DNA of 64,000 bases. Origin: Thermoanaerobaculia bacterium (GTDB lineage Bacteria; Acidobacteriota; Thermoanaerobaculia; UBA5066; Gp7-AA6). Each line of letters begins with the position of its first letter. The stretch's first letter is position 1. This document shows, piece after piece, positions 27,098-34,999 of the stretch. The stretch covers positions 90,544-154,543 of the forward strand of contig DATKAE010000084.1 in assembly GCA_035498405.1 (NCBI GenBank), written 5' to 3'. A model generated the notes under the pieces. The model did no database searches, was not told the origin of the DNA, and saw only the letters and a program-made list of their open reading frames with translations. A program made the position numbers and the translations under genes.

Positions 27098-29218
27098 ATG
27101 GCGTCTTATGCGCAGGCGGAGCGCGTGCTCTCCGTCGACACACCCCTCGGCACGGATGCCGTGCTCCTGGTCGGGTTTCGAGGAGTCGACGCCATCTCGC
27201 AGCTCTTTCGATATCGGTTGGACTTGATCGCCGAGAATGCCAAGGACGTCGCTTTCGACAAGGTTCTCGGCCAGAAATGCACGGTAACGTTCCGATGGGG
27301 TGACAAGAACGCGAAGAAGCGCTACTTCAACGGTATCTGCTCCCGGATTTCGCAGGGGGAGCGAGACGCCGTTTTCACCAGCTACCATATCGAGCTCGTC
27401 CCGCAGGCGTGGCTGCTGACCCGGAAGGCCCAGAGTCGCATCTTCCAGAGGATGACAATTCCGGACATCTTGAAGAAGGTTCTCACGGGGTTCGACGTGT
27501 CCTACAAGATCCAAGGCTCCTTCGAGCCCCGCGACTTCTGTGTTCAGTATCGAGAGACCGACTTCAACTTCGCCAGTCGCCTGATGGAAGAGGAGGGAAT
27601 CTACTACTTCTTCAAGCACGAGGATGGCAATCACACGATGGTCCTCGGCAATACGCCGCAAACGCACGAGGATGTGCCCGTGCAGAACACGGTCCCCTAC
27701 GAAGAGAAGTTGGGAGGCCAGCGCGACGAGCTGCGAATCAGCTCGTGGGAGAAGGCGCAGCAGCTTCGATCCGGAAAGGTGACGCTGTGGGATCACTGTT
27801 TCGAGCTGCCGCACAAGCACCTCGAGACCGAGAAGATCATTCAGGACAGTGTCAGCGTCGGTAGCGTGACACACAAGCTCAAGGTCGCGAACAACGACAA
27901 ACTCGAGATATACGACTTCCCCGGCGAGTACGCGCAGCGCTTCGACGGTATCGACAAGGGGGGCGGCGAGCAATCCGGCGACCTCCAGAAGATCTTCCAG
28001 GACAACAAGCGAACGGTTGAGATTCGGATGCAGCAGGAAGCGGTCGCGAGCCTTGAGATCGATGGCCGAGGTAATTGCCGCCAGTTCGTTTCGGGCCACA
28101 AGTTCACCCTGCAGCGCCACTTCAACGCGGACGGCGACTACGTGCTGACGAGCGTCGGTCACACCATGACGTCGGGCGGCGACTATCGATCGGGACAGGG
28201 GCAGACGACATACGTGAACACCTTCAGTTGTATCCCGCTGGCCCTGCCGTTTCGGCCTCAGCGCCTGACACCCAAGCCATTCGTGCAGGGAACCCAGTCG
28301 GCGGTTGTGGTGGGACCTTCAGGCGAGGAGATCTTCACGGACAAGTACGGTCGCGTCAAGGTTCAGTTTCACTGGGACCGCCAAGGCAAATTCAACGCCG
28401 AGAGCTCCTGCTGGATCAGGGTTGCGAGTGCCTGGGCCGGGAAACAATGGGGAATGATCAACCTCCCTCGGATCGGCCAGGAGGTGCTGGTCGACTTCAT
28501 CGAGGGAGATCCAGATCAGCCGGTCGTCGTCGGTAGCCTTTACAACGCCGACATGATGCCGCCGTACGGACTCCCGGCTAACAAGACGCAGAGCGGCATC
28601 CAGAGCCGCAGTACGCTCCAGGGCGGCCCGCCGCACTACAACGAGTTCAAGTTCGAGGACAAGAAGGGGCAGGAGGTCGTCCATCTCCACGCCGAGAGGA
28701 ACCTGGACACATCGGTCGAGGTCGACGAAACGCACTCGGTCGGCGTCGATCGCCGGAAGACGATCAATCGCAACGAGACGACGGACGTCGGCGGTCGGCG
28801 CACGGAAACGGTCGGGAAGGACGAAGCCATCACGATTGGGGAGAGCCGGACGGAGTCGGTCGGCAAGAACGAGACGATCACGATCGGCGAGGACAGGACG
28901 GAGTCGGTCGGCAAGAACGAGACGATCACGATCTCGAAGGACCGGGACGTGTCGGTCGGCGGCAACGAATCGATCCAGATTTCGGGGTTGCGCTCCGTCT
29001 CGATCGGAAAGGATGACACCCTGAAGGTCGCGAAGACGCTCCGGGTCGAGGTCGGCGACAAGCTCGTCTTGACCTGCGGCAGTTCCGGAATCGCGCTCAC
29101 CAAAGATGGCACAATCGAAATCACGGGAAAGGACGTCTCGATCAAGGGTTCCGGCAAGGTCAAGGTTCAGGCGTCGTCGGATCTGACTTTGAAGGGCAGC
29201 AAGATCGCCGAGAACTGA
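27098..29218 (+). CDS. vgrG: T6SS spike protein VgrG (TssI)
   Basis: 706 aa. gp27/gp5-like regions (RYFNGICSRISQGE, WAGKQWGMINLPRIGQEVLVDFIEGDPDQPVVVGSLYN). C-terminal beta-helix repeats. AGGAGG RBS. Confidence 0.95.
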   Translation: MASYAQAERVLSVDTPLGTDAVLLVGFRGVDAISQLFRYRLDLIAENAKDVAFDKVLGQKCTVTFRWGDKNAKKRYFNGICSRISQGERDAVFTSYHIELVPQAWLLTRKAQSRIFQRMTIPDILKKVLTGFDVSYKIQGSFEPRDFCVQYRETDFNFASRLMEEEGIYYFFKHEDGNHTMVLGNTPQTHEDVPVQNTVPYEEKLGGQRDELRISSWEKAQQLRSGKVTLWDHCFELPHKHLETEKIIQDSVSVGSVTHKLKVANNDKLEIYDFPGEYAQRFDGIDKGGGEQSGDLQKIFQDNKRTVEIRMQQEAVASLEIDGRGNCRQFVSGHKFTLQRHFNADGDYVLTSVGHTMTSGGDYRSGQGQTTYVNTFSCIPLALPFRPQRLTPKPFVQGTQSAVVVGPSGEEIFTDKYGRVKVQFHWDRQGKFNAESSCWIRVASAWAGKQWGMINLPRIGQEVLVDFIEGDPDQPVVVGSLYNADMMPPYGLPANKTQSGIQSRSTLQGGPPHYNEFKFEDKKGQEVVHLHAERNLDTSVEVDETHSVGVDRRKTINRNETTDVGGRRTETVGKDEAITIGESRTESVGKNETITIGEDRTESVGKNETITISKDRDVSVGGNESIQISGLRSVSIGKDDTLKVAKTLRVEVGDKLVLTCGSSGIALTKDGTIEITGKDVSIKGSGKVKVQASSDLTLKGSKIAEN
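28851..28933 (+). repeat. 48-nt-period direct repeat inside vgrG, encoding beta-helix repeats
   Basis: The 35-nt string cggagtcggtcggcaagaacgagacgatcacgatc occurs identically at 28851..28885 and 28899..28933. It encodes TESVGKNETITI twice. Confidence 0.9.
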
Positions 29219-29226
29219 CGCCACCG

Positions 29227-30246
29227 ATGCTGCAGCTCCGAAACCGATCGCGATTCGCCGCGACGCTCCTTCCTCTTCCCGACGCAGCCGGCCTCGATTC
29301 CTTGTTCGTCGTTGTCAAGGGCACTTTCACCCTCGGCGCCAGGCCGGCACCTGTGCAGAACCAGGTCCCGGTTTGTCTTCGGGACGAGTACCTGGGAAAC
29401 CCCGGGCAAAGCAGCGTGACTCAACCCTCGGACGTAAGTCTTGCGAAGCCGGCCACCGATGTGCTGCTTCGAGGGCACGCCTACGCGCCCGGCGGTCAAC
29501 CTGCCTCCCGAGTGCCGGTCGCGCTGGTAGTCGGGTCGATCCGAAAGCGGGCCGAAGTCTTTGGCGACCGGGTCTGGGAAGGGGGACTCGTTTCAGCGAG
29601 GGCTTCCGCCCCGAAGCCCTTCGAGCGAGTGCCCCTCCTCTGGGAACGGTCCTTCGGAGGCGCGAGCCTGTCGGACGGGCAGCTGGGCACCGTCGAAGCG
29701 GAAGAGCGCAATCCGGTCGGCGCGGGATTCCGCGGCCGGAAGACCGCCCAACCGATCGAGGGCACTCGATTGCCCAACGTCGAGGACCCGCAGAATCTGA
29801 TGACCTCACCCCGAGACCGACCGGCTCCCGTTGGCTTCGGTCCGATCGCTCCGCACTGGCAGCCCCGGCGGTCTTACGCCGGAACCTACGACGAGCGATG
29901 GCAGAGGGAGCGGGCGCCTTTCCTGCCAAAGGACTTCGACCCGCGTTTTCTTCAAGTCGCGCCGCCGGACCAGACCGTGCCCGGCTACCTCAAGGGTGGC
30001 GAAGAGATCCACATTTCTGGCGTGACGCCCTTGGGGTCTCTGGCCTCGACAGTCCCCGGCGTTAGGATCCAGATCCTCTTCCGGTTGGACGAAACCAATC
30101 AAGCGCGGGCGGCAAGTCTCGACACGCTCATGATCGAGCCCGACGAAGGACGGATGGTGTTGGTCTGGAGGGCCGTCCTCACCGCGGACAAGAGGATCCT
30201 GCGGGTCCGAGAGGTGGAGGTTTCGGCAAAGGGGGAGGAGGCGTAG
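29227..30246 (+). CDS. DUF2169-family protein (VgrG-associated adaptor candidate)
   Basis: 339 aa directly after vgrG. N-terminus RFAATLLPLPDAAGLDSLFVVVKGTFTL resembles DUF2169 proteins as I remember them. The context (vgrG upstream, PAAR-like downstream) fits. Confidence 0.7.
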   Translation: MLQLRNRSRFAATLLPLPDAAGLDSLFVVVKGTFTLGARPAPVQNQVPVCLRDEYLGNPGQSSVTQPSDVSLAKPATDVLLRGHAYAPGGQPASRVPVALVVGSIRKRAEVFGDRVWEGGLVSARASAPKPFERVPLLWERSFGGASLSDGQLGTVEAEERNPVGAGFRGRKTAQPIEGTRLPNVEDPQNLMTSPRDRPAPVGFGPIAPHWQPRRSYAGTYDERWQRERAPFLPKDFDPRFLQVAPPDQTVPGYLKGGEEIHISGVTPLGSLASTVPGVRIQILFRLDETNQARAASLDTLMIEPDEGRMVLVWRAVLTADKRILRVREVEVSAKGEEA

Positions 30247-30248
30247 CC

Positions 30249-31325
30249 GTGGCGGCCGAAGACGTCGTCGTCGGAGGTACCGGCCTGCTAACCGCTGTCG
30301 GGTTGAGCGCGCCCGAGACAGCCGGCTCAGTGGAAAGTGGTGTCATGCGCTTCGAAGAGATCGACTGGTTGGATCGGGGATTCGAGCCCTTCACGTTGGC
30401 GACCGTGGCAGAGGAGAATCTGCCCCCACTGGCCGAGGCACTTCATGCAGAATTCGGGCTGACGACTCGTGAGACGCGCCTGCTCCGGCTGGCTGCGCCC
30501 GCACTGGCAGAGTGTCTGGAACCGCTGGCCCAACGGTCAGGACTGCTCTCCGTGATAATGGCTCTCCCGGATGCTGCGGGCTCGGTCCCAATCGATCCGA
30601 AGCGGTTTCTGGGATGGCTGCAGATCCAAAGCGGCGTCGGCCTCGACCTGGCCGGAAGCACGGTTGTGACGAAGGGCCGAGCCGGCGGACTGATTGCGCT
30701 TGAGCTGGCGAGACGCCAACTCTCCTCGGGAGGGCGCCACGTCCTCGCGGTCGGGGGCGTCGATTCCTATCTCGACCCCTATCTGCTCGGCACGCTCGAC
30801 CTGGAGGGGCGTATCAAGTCCGAGCGGCATCTCGATGGCTTCATCCCTGGAGAAGGCGCGGCATTTCTATTTCTCACGAGTCGACGCGGCGCCGAGGCGG
30901 CGAGCTTGAAGGCTCTCGCGACGCTTGCGCCCGGAGGGGAGAGCTTCGAGAAGGGGCACTTCTATTCTCCGGAACCCTACCTGGGAGACGGACTGGCGGC
31001 CGCTCTTCAGGGGTTGTTCGATGCGGCGCGACTCACATCTCCCGTTCAGGAGGTGTACTCCTCGATGAACGGCGAGAGCCACTGGGCCAAGGAGTGGGGC
31101 GTCGCGCTGCTCCGGAACAAGGACGCCATCGCGGAAGCGCACGCGATCCATCATCCCGCCGACTGCTATGGTGACCTGGGAGCCGCGGCCGGTCCAGCGA
31201 TGACGATTCTCGCCGCGCTAGGCCTGCGCGATCGGTCCCGGCGGAGCCCAACACTGGTCTACGCCTCCTCAGATCGCGGCGAGCGCGCCGCGATCGCTCT
31301 GATGGAGATTGCGGGCGGAACCTAG
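30249..31325 (+). CDS. thiolase/ketoacyl-synthase-fold protein with a degenerate active site
   Basis: 358 aa. KAS-like blocks TKGRAGGLIALELARRQLSSGGRHVLAVGGVDS, YSSMNGES and CYGDLGAAAG. The catalytic Cys/His/His positions appear substituted. Confidence 0.6.
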   Translation: MAAEDVVVGGTGLLTAVGLSAPETAGSVESGVMRFEEIDWLDRGFEPFTLATVAEENLPPLAEALHAEFGLTTRETRLLRLAAPALAECLEPLAQRSGLLSVIMALPDAAGSVPIDPKRFLGWLQIQSGVGLDLAGSTVVTKGRAGGLIALELARRQLSSGGRHVLAVGGVDSYLDPYLLGTLDLEGRIKSERHLDGFIPGEGAAFLFLTSRRGAEAASLKALATLAPGGESFEKGHFYSPEPYLGDGLAAALQGLFDAARLTSPVQEVYSSMNGESHWAKEWGVALLRNKDAIAEAHAIHHPADCYGDLGAAAGPAMTILAALGLRDRSRRSPTLVYASSDRGERAAIALMEIAGGT

Positions 31326-31712
31326 ATGCCCCAAACAACCTTTGCGAACATGCGAGGTGTCGTCCACAAGGGAAGTGGCGGGCAGAACATCGCTTTCCCA
31401 GATGTCTGCAAGACACCCGCGCCGCCGGCGCCGAGCCCGGTCCCGGTTCCCTATCCAAACCTCGGCACGTCCTCCGACACGTCCCAGGGCCCGCCGACCG
31501 TCACCACGGACGGCCAGATGCCGATGGTCAAGGGCGCACAGTACATGAAGTCTTCCGGAGACGAAGCCGGCGTGGCGGGGGGCGTCCTGTCCAGCGTCAA
31601 CATGAGCGTCTGCGAGTTCATGGTCTATTCGTTCGACGTCAAGTTCGAGGGGAACAACGTGTGCCGCTTGGGCGACCCGCTGTTCCACAACAAGAAGAAC
31701 ATCATGTTCTGA
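31326..31712 (+). CDS. PAAR-like DUF4150-domain protein
   Basis: 128 aa. FPDVCKTPAPPAPSPVPVPYPN and NNVCRLGD are DUF4150/PAAR-like signatures. The ATG abuts the previous stop. Confidence 0.85.
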   Translation: MPQTTFANMRGVVHKGSGGQNIAFPDVCKTPAPPAPSPVPVPYPNLGTSSDTSQGPPTVTTDGQMPMVKGAQYMKSSGDEAGVAGGVLSSVNMSVCEFMVYSFDVKFEGNNVCRLGDPLFHNKKNIMF

Positions 31713-31727
31713 ACCGGGAGCAAGCGG

Positions 31728-32642
31728 ATGCACTTTGGCGAGAGCGTTAAGCCACCGAGCAGCGGGCGTCACAACAAGACCTGCCCGTTCTGCGAGGGCG
31801 ACGAGCCGGAACTGCTTGGTTACAAGACGAAGAAGGGCGACCTGAAGGACGAGAGGGTTCTCGGCAGGAACCTGGCGACTAACGAGGTGGTCTCCTCCGA
31901 CGGCGCCGTCGGCCCGGTCTACCCGTTAGACGGCGGCGACCAGCCTCACAATGGATGGGAGGTCGAGCCCGGATACATCAACGAGATCGACATCCCGGTG
32001 ATCATCAAGCCGACGCCCCATCACTTGATTCCGGGGAATGCGGCGATGGCGGAATCCCATCTCGAGGTTTGGACGTGCAAGAGCTTCGGCGAAATCAAGG
32101 AAGACATCGGCTACAACATCGACTGTGCTCAGAACGGCATCTGGCTGCCTCACCTTCCACACGTGTACTGGACGAGCTTTCGGAACAAGAGGACTCGACA
32201 ACGATTCTGCGACTACTATGACCGCTGGTCGGACTTGAGCGACGATGAGCAGATGCAGGTCGGTGTGTTCGTTATGAGCGAGTTGAAGCTTCAGATGCAC
32301 TATACGGACCACGACGATCCCTACGCGCATGTCGATGACGATACGACCTACGACGGTGAAGCGAAGGAACGTTGCAATTTGCTCGCCGACCTGATACTTG
32401 AGTTCTGGGCGGATAAGTGTCCAGAGAGCTCCGACAAGGAAGAGCCGTACTACTATCCCCCGTACGGGTTGGTCGAAAGGATCAATCTGCAGTCGGATTA
32501 CATGCGAAAACGGATTACGGGTAATCCCCGGCTCTGGAAGTCGTGGGTTTCCCCGCTGGCTCAAGAAGTGTCGGCCGAGCTGAAGAGAAAGAAGAAGGTG
32601 AAGGCCAATCCGCGGGGGGCGATCAAGCGCATCCAAGTCTAG
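31728..32642 (+). CDS. putative T6SS nuclease effector, HNH/EndoVII fold (AHH/GHH-like xHH family)
   Basis: 304 aa. TPHHLIPGN ... NGIWLP ... HYTDH fits the xHH-N-H pattern of polymorphic-toxin nucleases. GGGAG RBS 7 nt upstream. Visibly lower G+C than the flanking core genes. Confidence 0.6.
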   Translation: MHFGESVKPPSSGRHNKTCPFCEGDEPELLGYKTKKGDLKDERVLGRNLATNEVVSSDGAVGPVYPLDGGDQPHNGWEVEPGYINEIDIPVIIKPTPHHLIPGNAAMAESHLEVWTCKSFGEIKEDIGYNIDCAQNGIWLPHLPHVYWTSFRNKRTRQRFCDYYDRWSDLSDDEQMQVGVFVMSELKLQMHYTDHDDPYAHVDDDTTYDGEAKERCNLLADLILEFWADKCPESSDKEEPYYYPPYGLVERINLQSDYMRKRITGNPRLWKSWVSPLAQEVSAELKRKKKVKANPRGAIKRIQV

Positions 32643-32661
32643 GGATCCCGGCGAGGACACT

Positions 32662-33234
32662 ATGGTGTTCTATCAGTTGGACTGGAAGGTCAATCAGCGA
32701 GCCCTGGGCATCAAGCTCGCCGTCATCGGGAAAGAGCCGAATCTGCGTGTGCCCTGGCTCATGGGTCGACGGTTCGAGAAGGAGGTTCCCCAGCCTATCG
32801 CTCTTAGCCTTAGCCCGCGGGGCGGCCCGGACATGCCGGACGTGTTCCTGACGGGAATCCCCCTCTTTTCCGACCGTCTGCTCGAAGCCATGCGCAAGGC
32901 AGGAGCCGACAACTTCGATGTCTACTCGACGGAGCTCGCCGATCCCGCAAAGGGGACAATCGTTCGGCACTACAAGGCGGTCAACATCATCGGGAAGATC
33001 GAGGCGGCGGATCTGAAGAAGTCGACATTCGATCCTCGGTCGGAACCGAATCTGATGGAGTTCGACGTACTCGTGATCGACGAGCGCAAAGTGAGGGGGG
33101 CCAACCTCTTTCGCCTCGCGGAAAATCCGCTGCGGATCGTGATTTCCGAACGGATACAAAGGGCCCTGGTGACGATGCCACTTGTCGGCGTTCTCCTGGT
33201 TCCGCTCGACGGGCGCGAAGAGGAAGGGGCGTAG
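32662..33234 (+). CDS. candidate cognate immunity protein (possibly Imm11/DUF1629-like)
   Basis: 190 aa immediately after the toxin gene. No signal peptide, which fits a cytoplasmic nuclease target. The family assignment is from memory only. Confidence 0.45.
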   Translation: MVFYQLDWKVNQRALGIKLAVIGKEPNLRVPWLMGRRFEKEVPQPIALSLSPRGGPDMPDVFLTGIPLFSDRLLEAMRKAGADNFDVYSTELADPAKGTIVRHYKAVNIIGKIEAADLKKSTFDPRSEPNLMEFDVLVIDERKVRGANLFRLAENPLRIVISERIQRALVTMPLVGVLLVPLDGREEEGA

Positions 33235-33249
33235 AAGAGGAGGTATCTC

Positions 33250-33687
33250 ATGGGGAAGAAGGTCGAAGAGGGCATAGCGGGCGTCCAGCAGGGACGCGTT
33301 CTTCGCGGGAGGGTCCGGACCGTGCGCGCCGATGGCCTGGTCGTGATCTTCGCCGACGCCGAGAGCAAGGACGTTGCGTGCGAGATCCTTCAAGTCTCCG
33401 GCCCGCCGAACTGTCTCGCACGCGGCGATGACGTCCTCGTCTGGCGGCCGGGCCCTGGAGAGCAGGGCGTTGTTCTGGGCCGCATCGGGGTCGACGCCAA
33501 CCCGGGCGATAGTCCTCGTCTCCCGGACGAGCTCCTCCTGGAGGCCAAGAACGGTTTGACGCTCCGCGTCGGCGACGGCTCCATCACTCTCCGCGCCGAC
33601 GGGAAGATCCTCATCAAGGGCAAGGACCTCGTGTCCCACGCCAAGCGCCTGAACCGGATCAAGGGCGGAGCGGTCTCGATCAACTGA
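33250..33687 (+). CDS. small spike-like protein (OB-fold-like N-terminus plus gp5/VgrG-type C-terminal beta-helix segment)
   Basis: 145 aa with a strong AGGAGG RBS. Its C-terminus LTLRVGDGSITLRADGKILIKGKDLVS aligns by eye with the VgrG C-terminus LVLTCGSSGIALTKDGTIEITGKDVSI in this window. Confidence 0.5.
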   Translation: MGKKVEEGIAGVQQGRVLRGRVRTVRADGLVVIFADAESKDVACEILQVSGPPNCLARGDDVLVWRPGPGEQGVVLGRIGVDANPGDSPRLPDELLLEAKNGLTLRVGDGSITLRADGKILIKGKDLVSHAKRLNRIKGGAVSIN

Positions 33688-33693
33688 GGCCGG

Positions 33694-34932
33694 ATGCCCG
33701 CCGCGAAGCTGCGCTTTTTGCCGGACATCCTCGACGAGCACTTCGAGGAGCTGGCGTTTCTGTGGAGCCAGCGTCGGGCAGCTCTCTGCTCACCGATCTA
33801 CACATGGCGCGCTTTTCTACAACTCGAGGGACGCATCGAGGCCCACGTCCAGGGAATTCTCGTCGTTGGCGAAGGCGCCCTTCCGCTGCTTGAAGAGGGG
33901 CTTCGCGCTGAGGACCCGGACGTCCTGTTCGCCGCGGCGTATGCGCTGCTGCGATCGGGTGGCGGGAGGGGCACCCAGCTCGTGGGCGAGGCATTCTTCG
34001 GGTCGGAGGGCGAGAAGCTCGAATCCCTGCGGGAGGCTCTTGCCCATGGTCTCCTGGGGAACCTCGAGGCTCGCCTACAGGAAGAGTCGGCTGCTGGGTC
34101 GCCGCGGCCTATGTCGGCAGCCGCTGCGCATGCCCTCGCTTTTCATGGGAAGCTGAACCTGAACGCGGAGCAGTTCAACCGGCTACTCCGCAGTGAGAAC
34201 ATCGAGGTTCGCCGCGGGGGGTGGCGAGCGGCCTCGGTCGACGTCGTTGCCCGGCGCTCCGAGGTCTATCGCGAAGGAATCGGCGACCCGGACGCCGACA
34301 TCCGGCGGCACGCCCTGGTCGGCGCGGCCTGGGCGCGCGAAGCTTGGCTGCTCGATGCTTGCCGTGAGCGGGTGCGCGGGTCGAAGGGCGAGGACCACGA
34401 CGCGGCGTACTTGCTTGCCATCCTCGGGCGCCCGGAGGATTCCCGCGAGATCCTGGCGCTCGGGCGGAACGCCTCGCTCGGTCCGCGGAGATTTAGGCTG
34501 CTCGGGTCATTCGGGCATCCACTCGTGGTGGAGGATCTGCTGTCCGAGCTTACGAGCGCCGACGCCGCGACGGCAGCAGCTGCCGGCGCGGCCTTCACCA
34601 AGATCACGGGCTGCGACATCGCTTCCGGAAGCCGGGTTGCCCTCGCTCCCGAGGACGGGCACGAGCCAGACGAGTTTGAGAAGGACTTTTTGGACGAAGT
34701 GGTGCTGCCAGATCCCGAAAAGGCCCGTGCCCACTGGAAGAAGATTCAGCCCCAGTTCACGAAGGGGACGCGGTGGTGCCGCGGGCGGGACTTGAGCCGC
34801 GGTTGCAGCCCCGAGGATCTCGACCAGCTCGACATGGAATCCCGCTGGGAGGCCTGTCTCCGCGGAAACTTCGACCGGACTTGGAAGGGCTCCGCTCTCG
34901 ATCTCGAAGTCTTTCCGCAGCGCTCTGCCTGA
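33694..34932 (+). CDS. HEAT-repeat protein, TIGR02270-like
   Basis: 412 aa. N-terminal DILDEHFEELAFLWSQRRAAL is the hallmark I recall for TIGR02270. Helical-repeat composition. Last gene of the + strand cargo module. Confidence 0.65.
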   Translation: MPAAKLRFLPDILDEHFEELAFLWSQRRAALCSPIYTWRAFLQLEGRIEAHVQGILVVGEGALPLLEEGLRAEDPDVLFAAAYALLRSGGGRGTQLVGEAFFGSEGEKLESLREALAHGLLGNLEARLQEESAAGSPRPMSAAAAHALAFHGKLNLNAEQFNRLLRSENIEVRRGGWRAASVDVVARRSEVYREGIGDPDADIRRHALVGAAWAREAWLLDACRERVRGSKGEDHDAAYLLAILGRPEDSREILALGRNASLGPRRFRLLGSFGHPLVVEDLLSELTSADAATAAAAGAAFTKITGCDIASGSRVALAPEDGHEPDEFEKDFLDEVVLPDPEKARAHWKKIQPQFTKGTRWCRGRDLSRGCSPEDLDQLDMESRWEACLRGNFDRTWKGSALDLEVFPQRSA

Positions 34933-34999
34933 TCCACGCCGCTGGCAAGTCGGCGCTCGATGCCGGCGAGCCTCGCCGCAATGTCCCTCGCTCGTGCTT

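Noticed and set aside
28800-29000. The perfect 35-nt duplication in vgrG as a mobile-element scar or assembly artefact.
   Set aside because: The 48-nt period equals 16 codons and encodes successive beta-helix repeats (TESVGKNETITI). This fits the normal repetitive VgrG C-terminal structure.
31710-31712. The in-frame TGA between the PAAR-like and nuclease ORFs could encode selenocysteine.
   Set aside because: I see no SECIS-like stem-loop immediately downstream, only a short GGGAG-containing spacer. No selenoprotein family has this context, and no sel genes are in the window. Read-through, a split gene or an error are more parsimonious.
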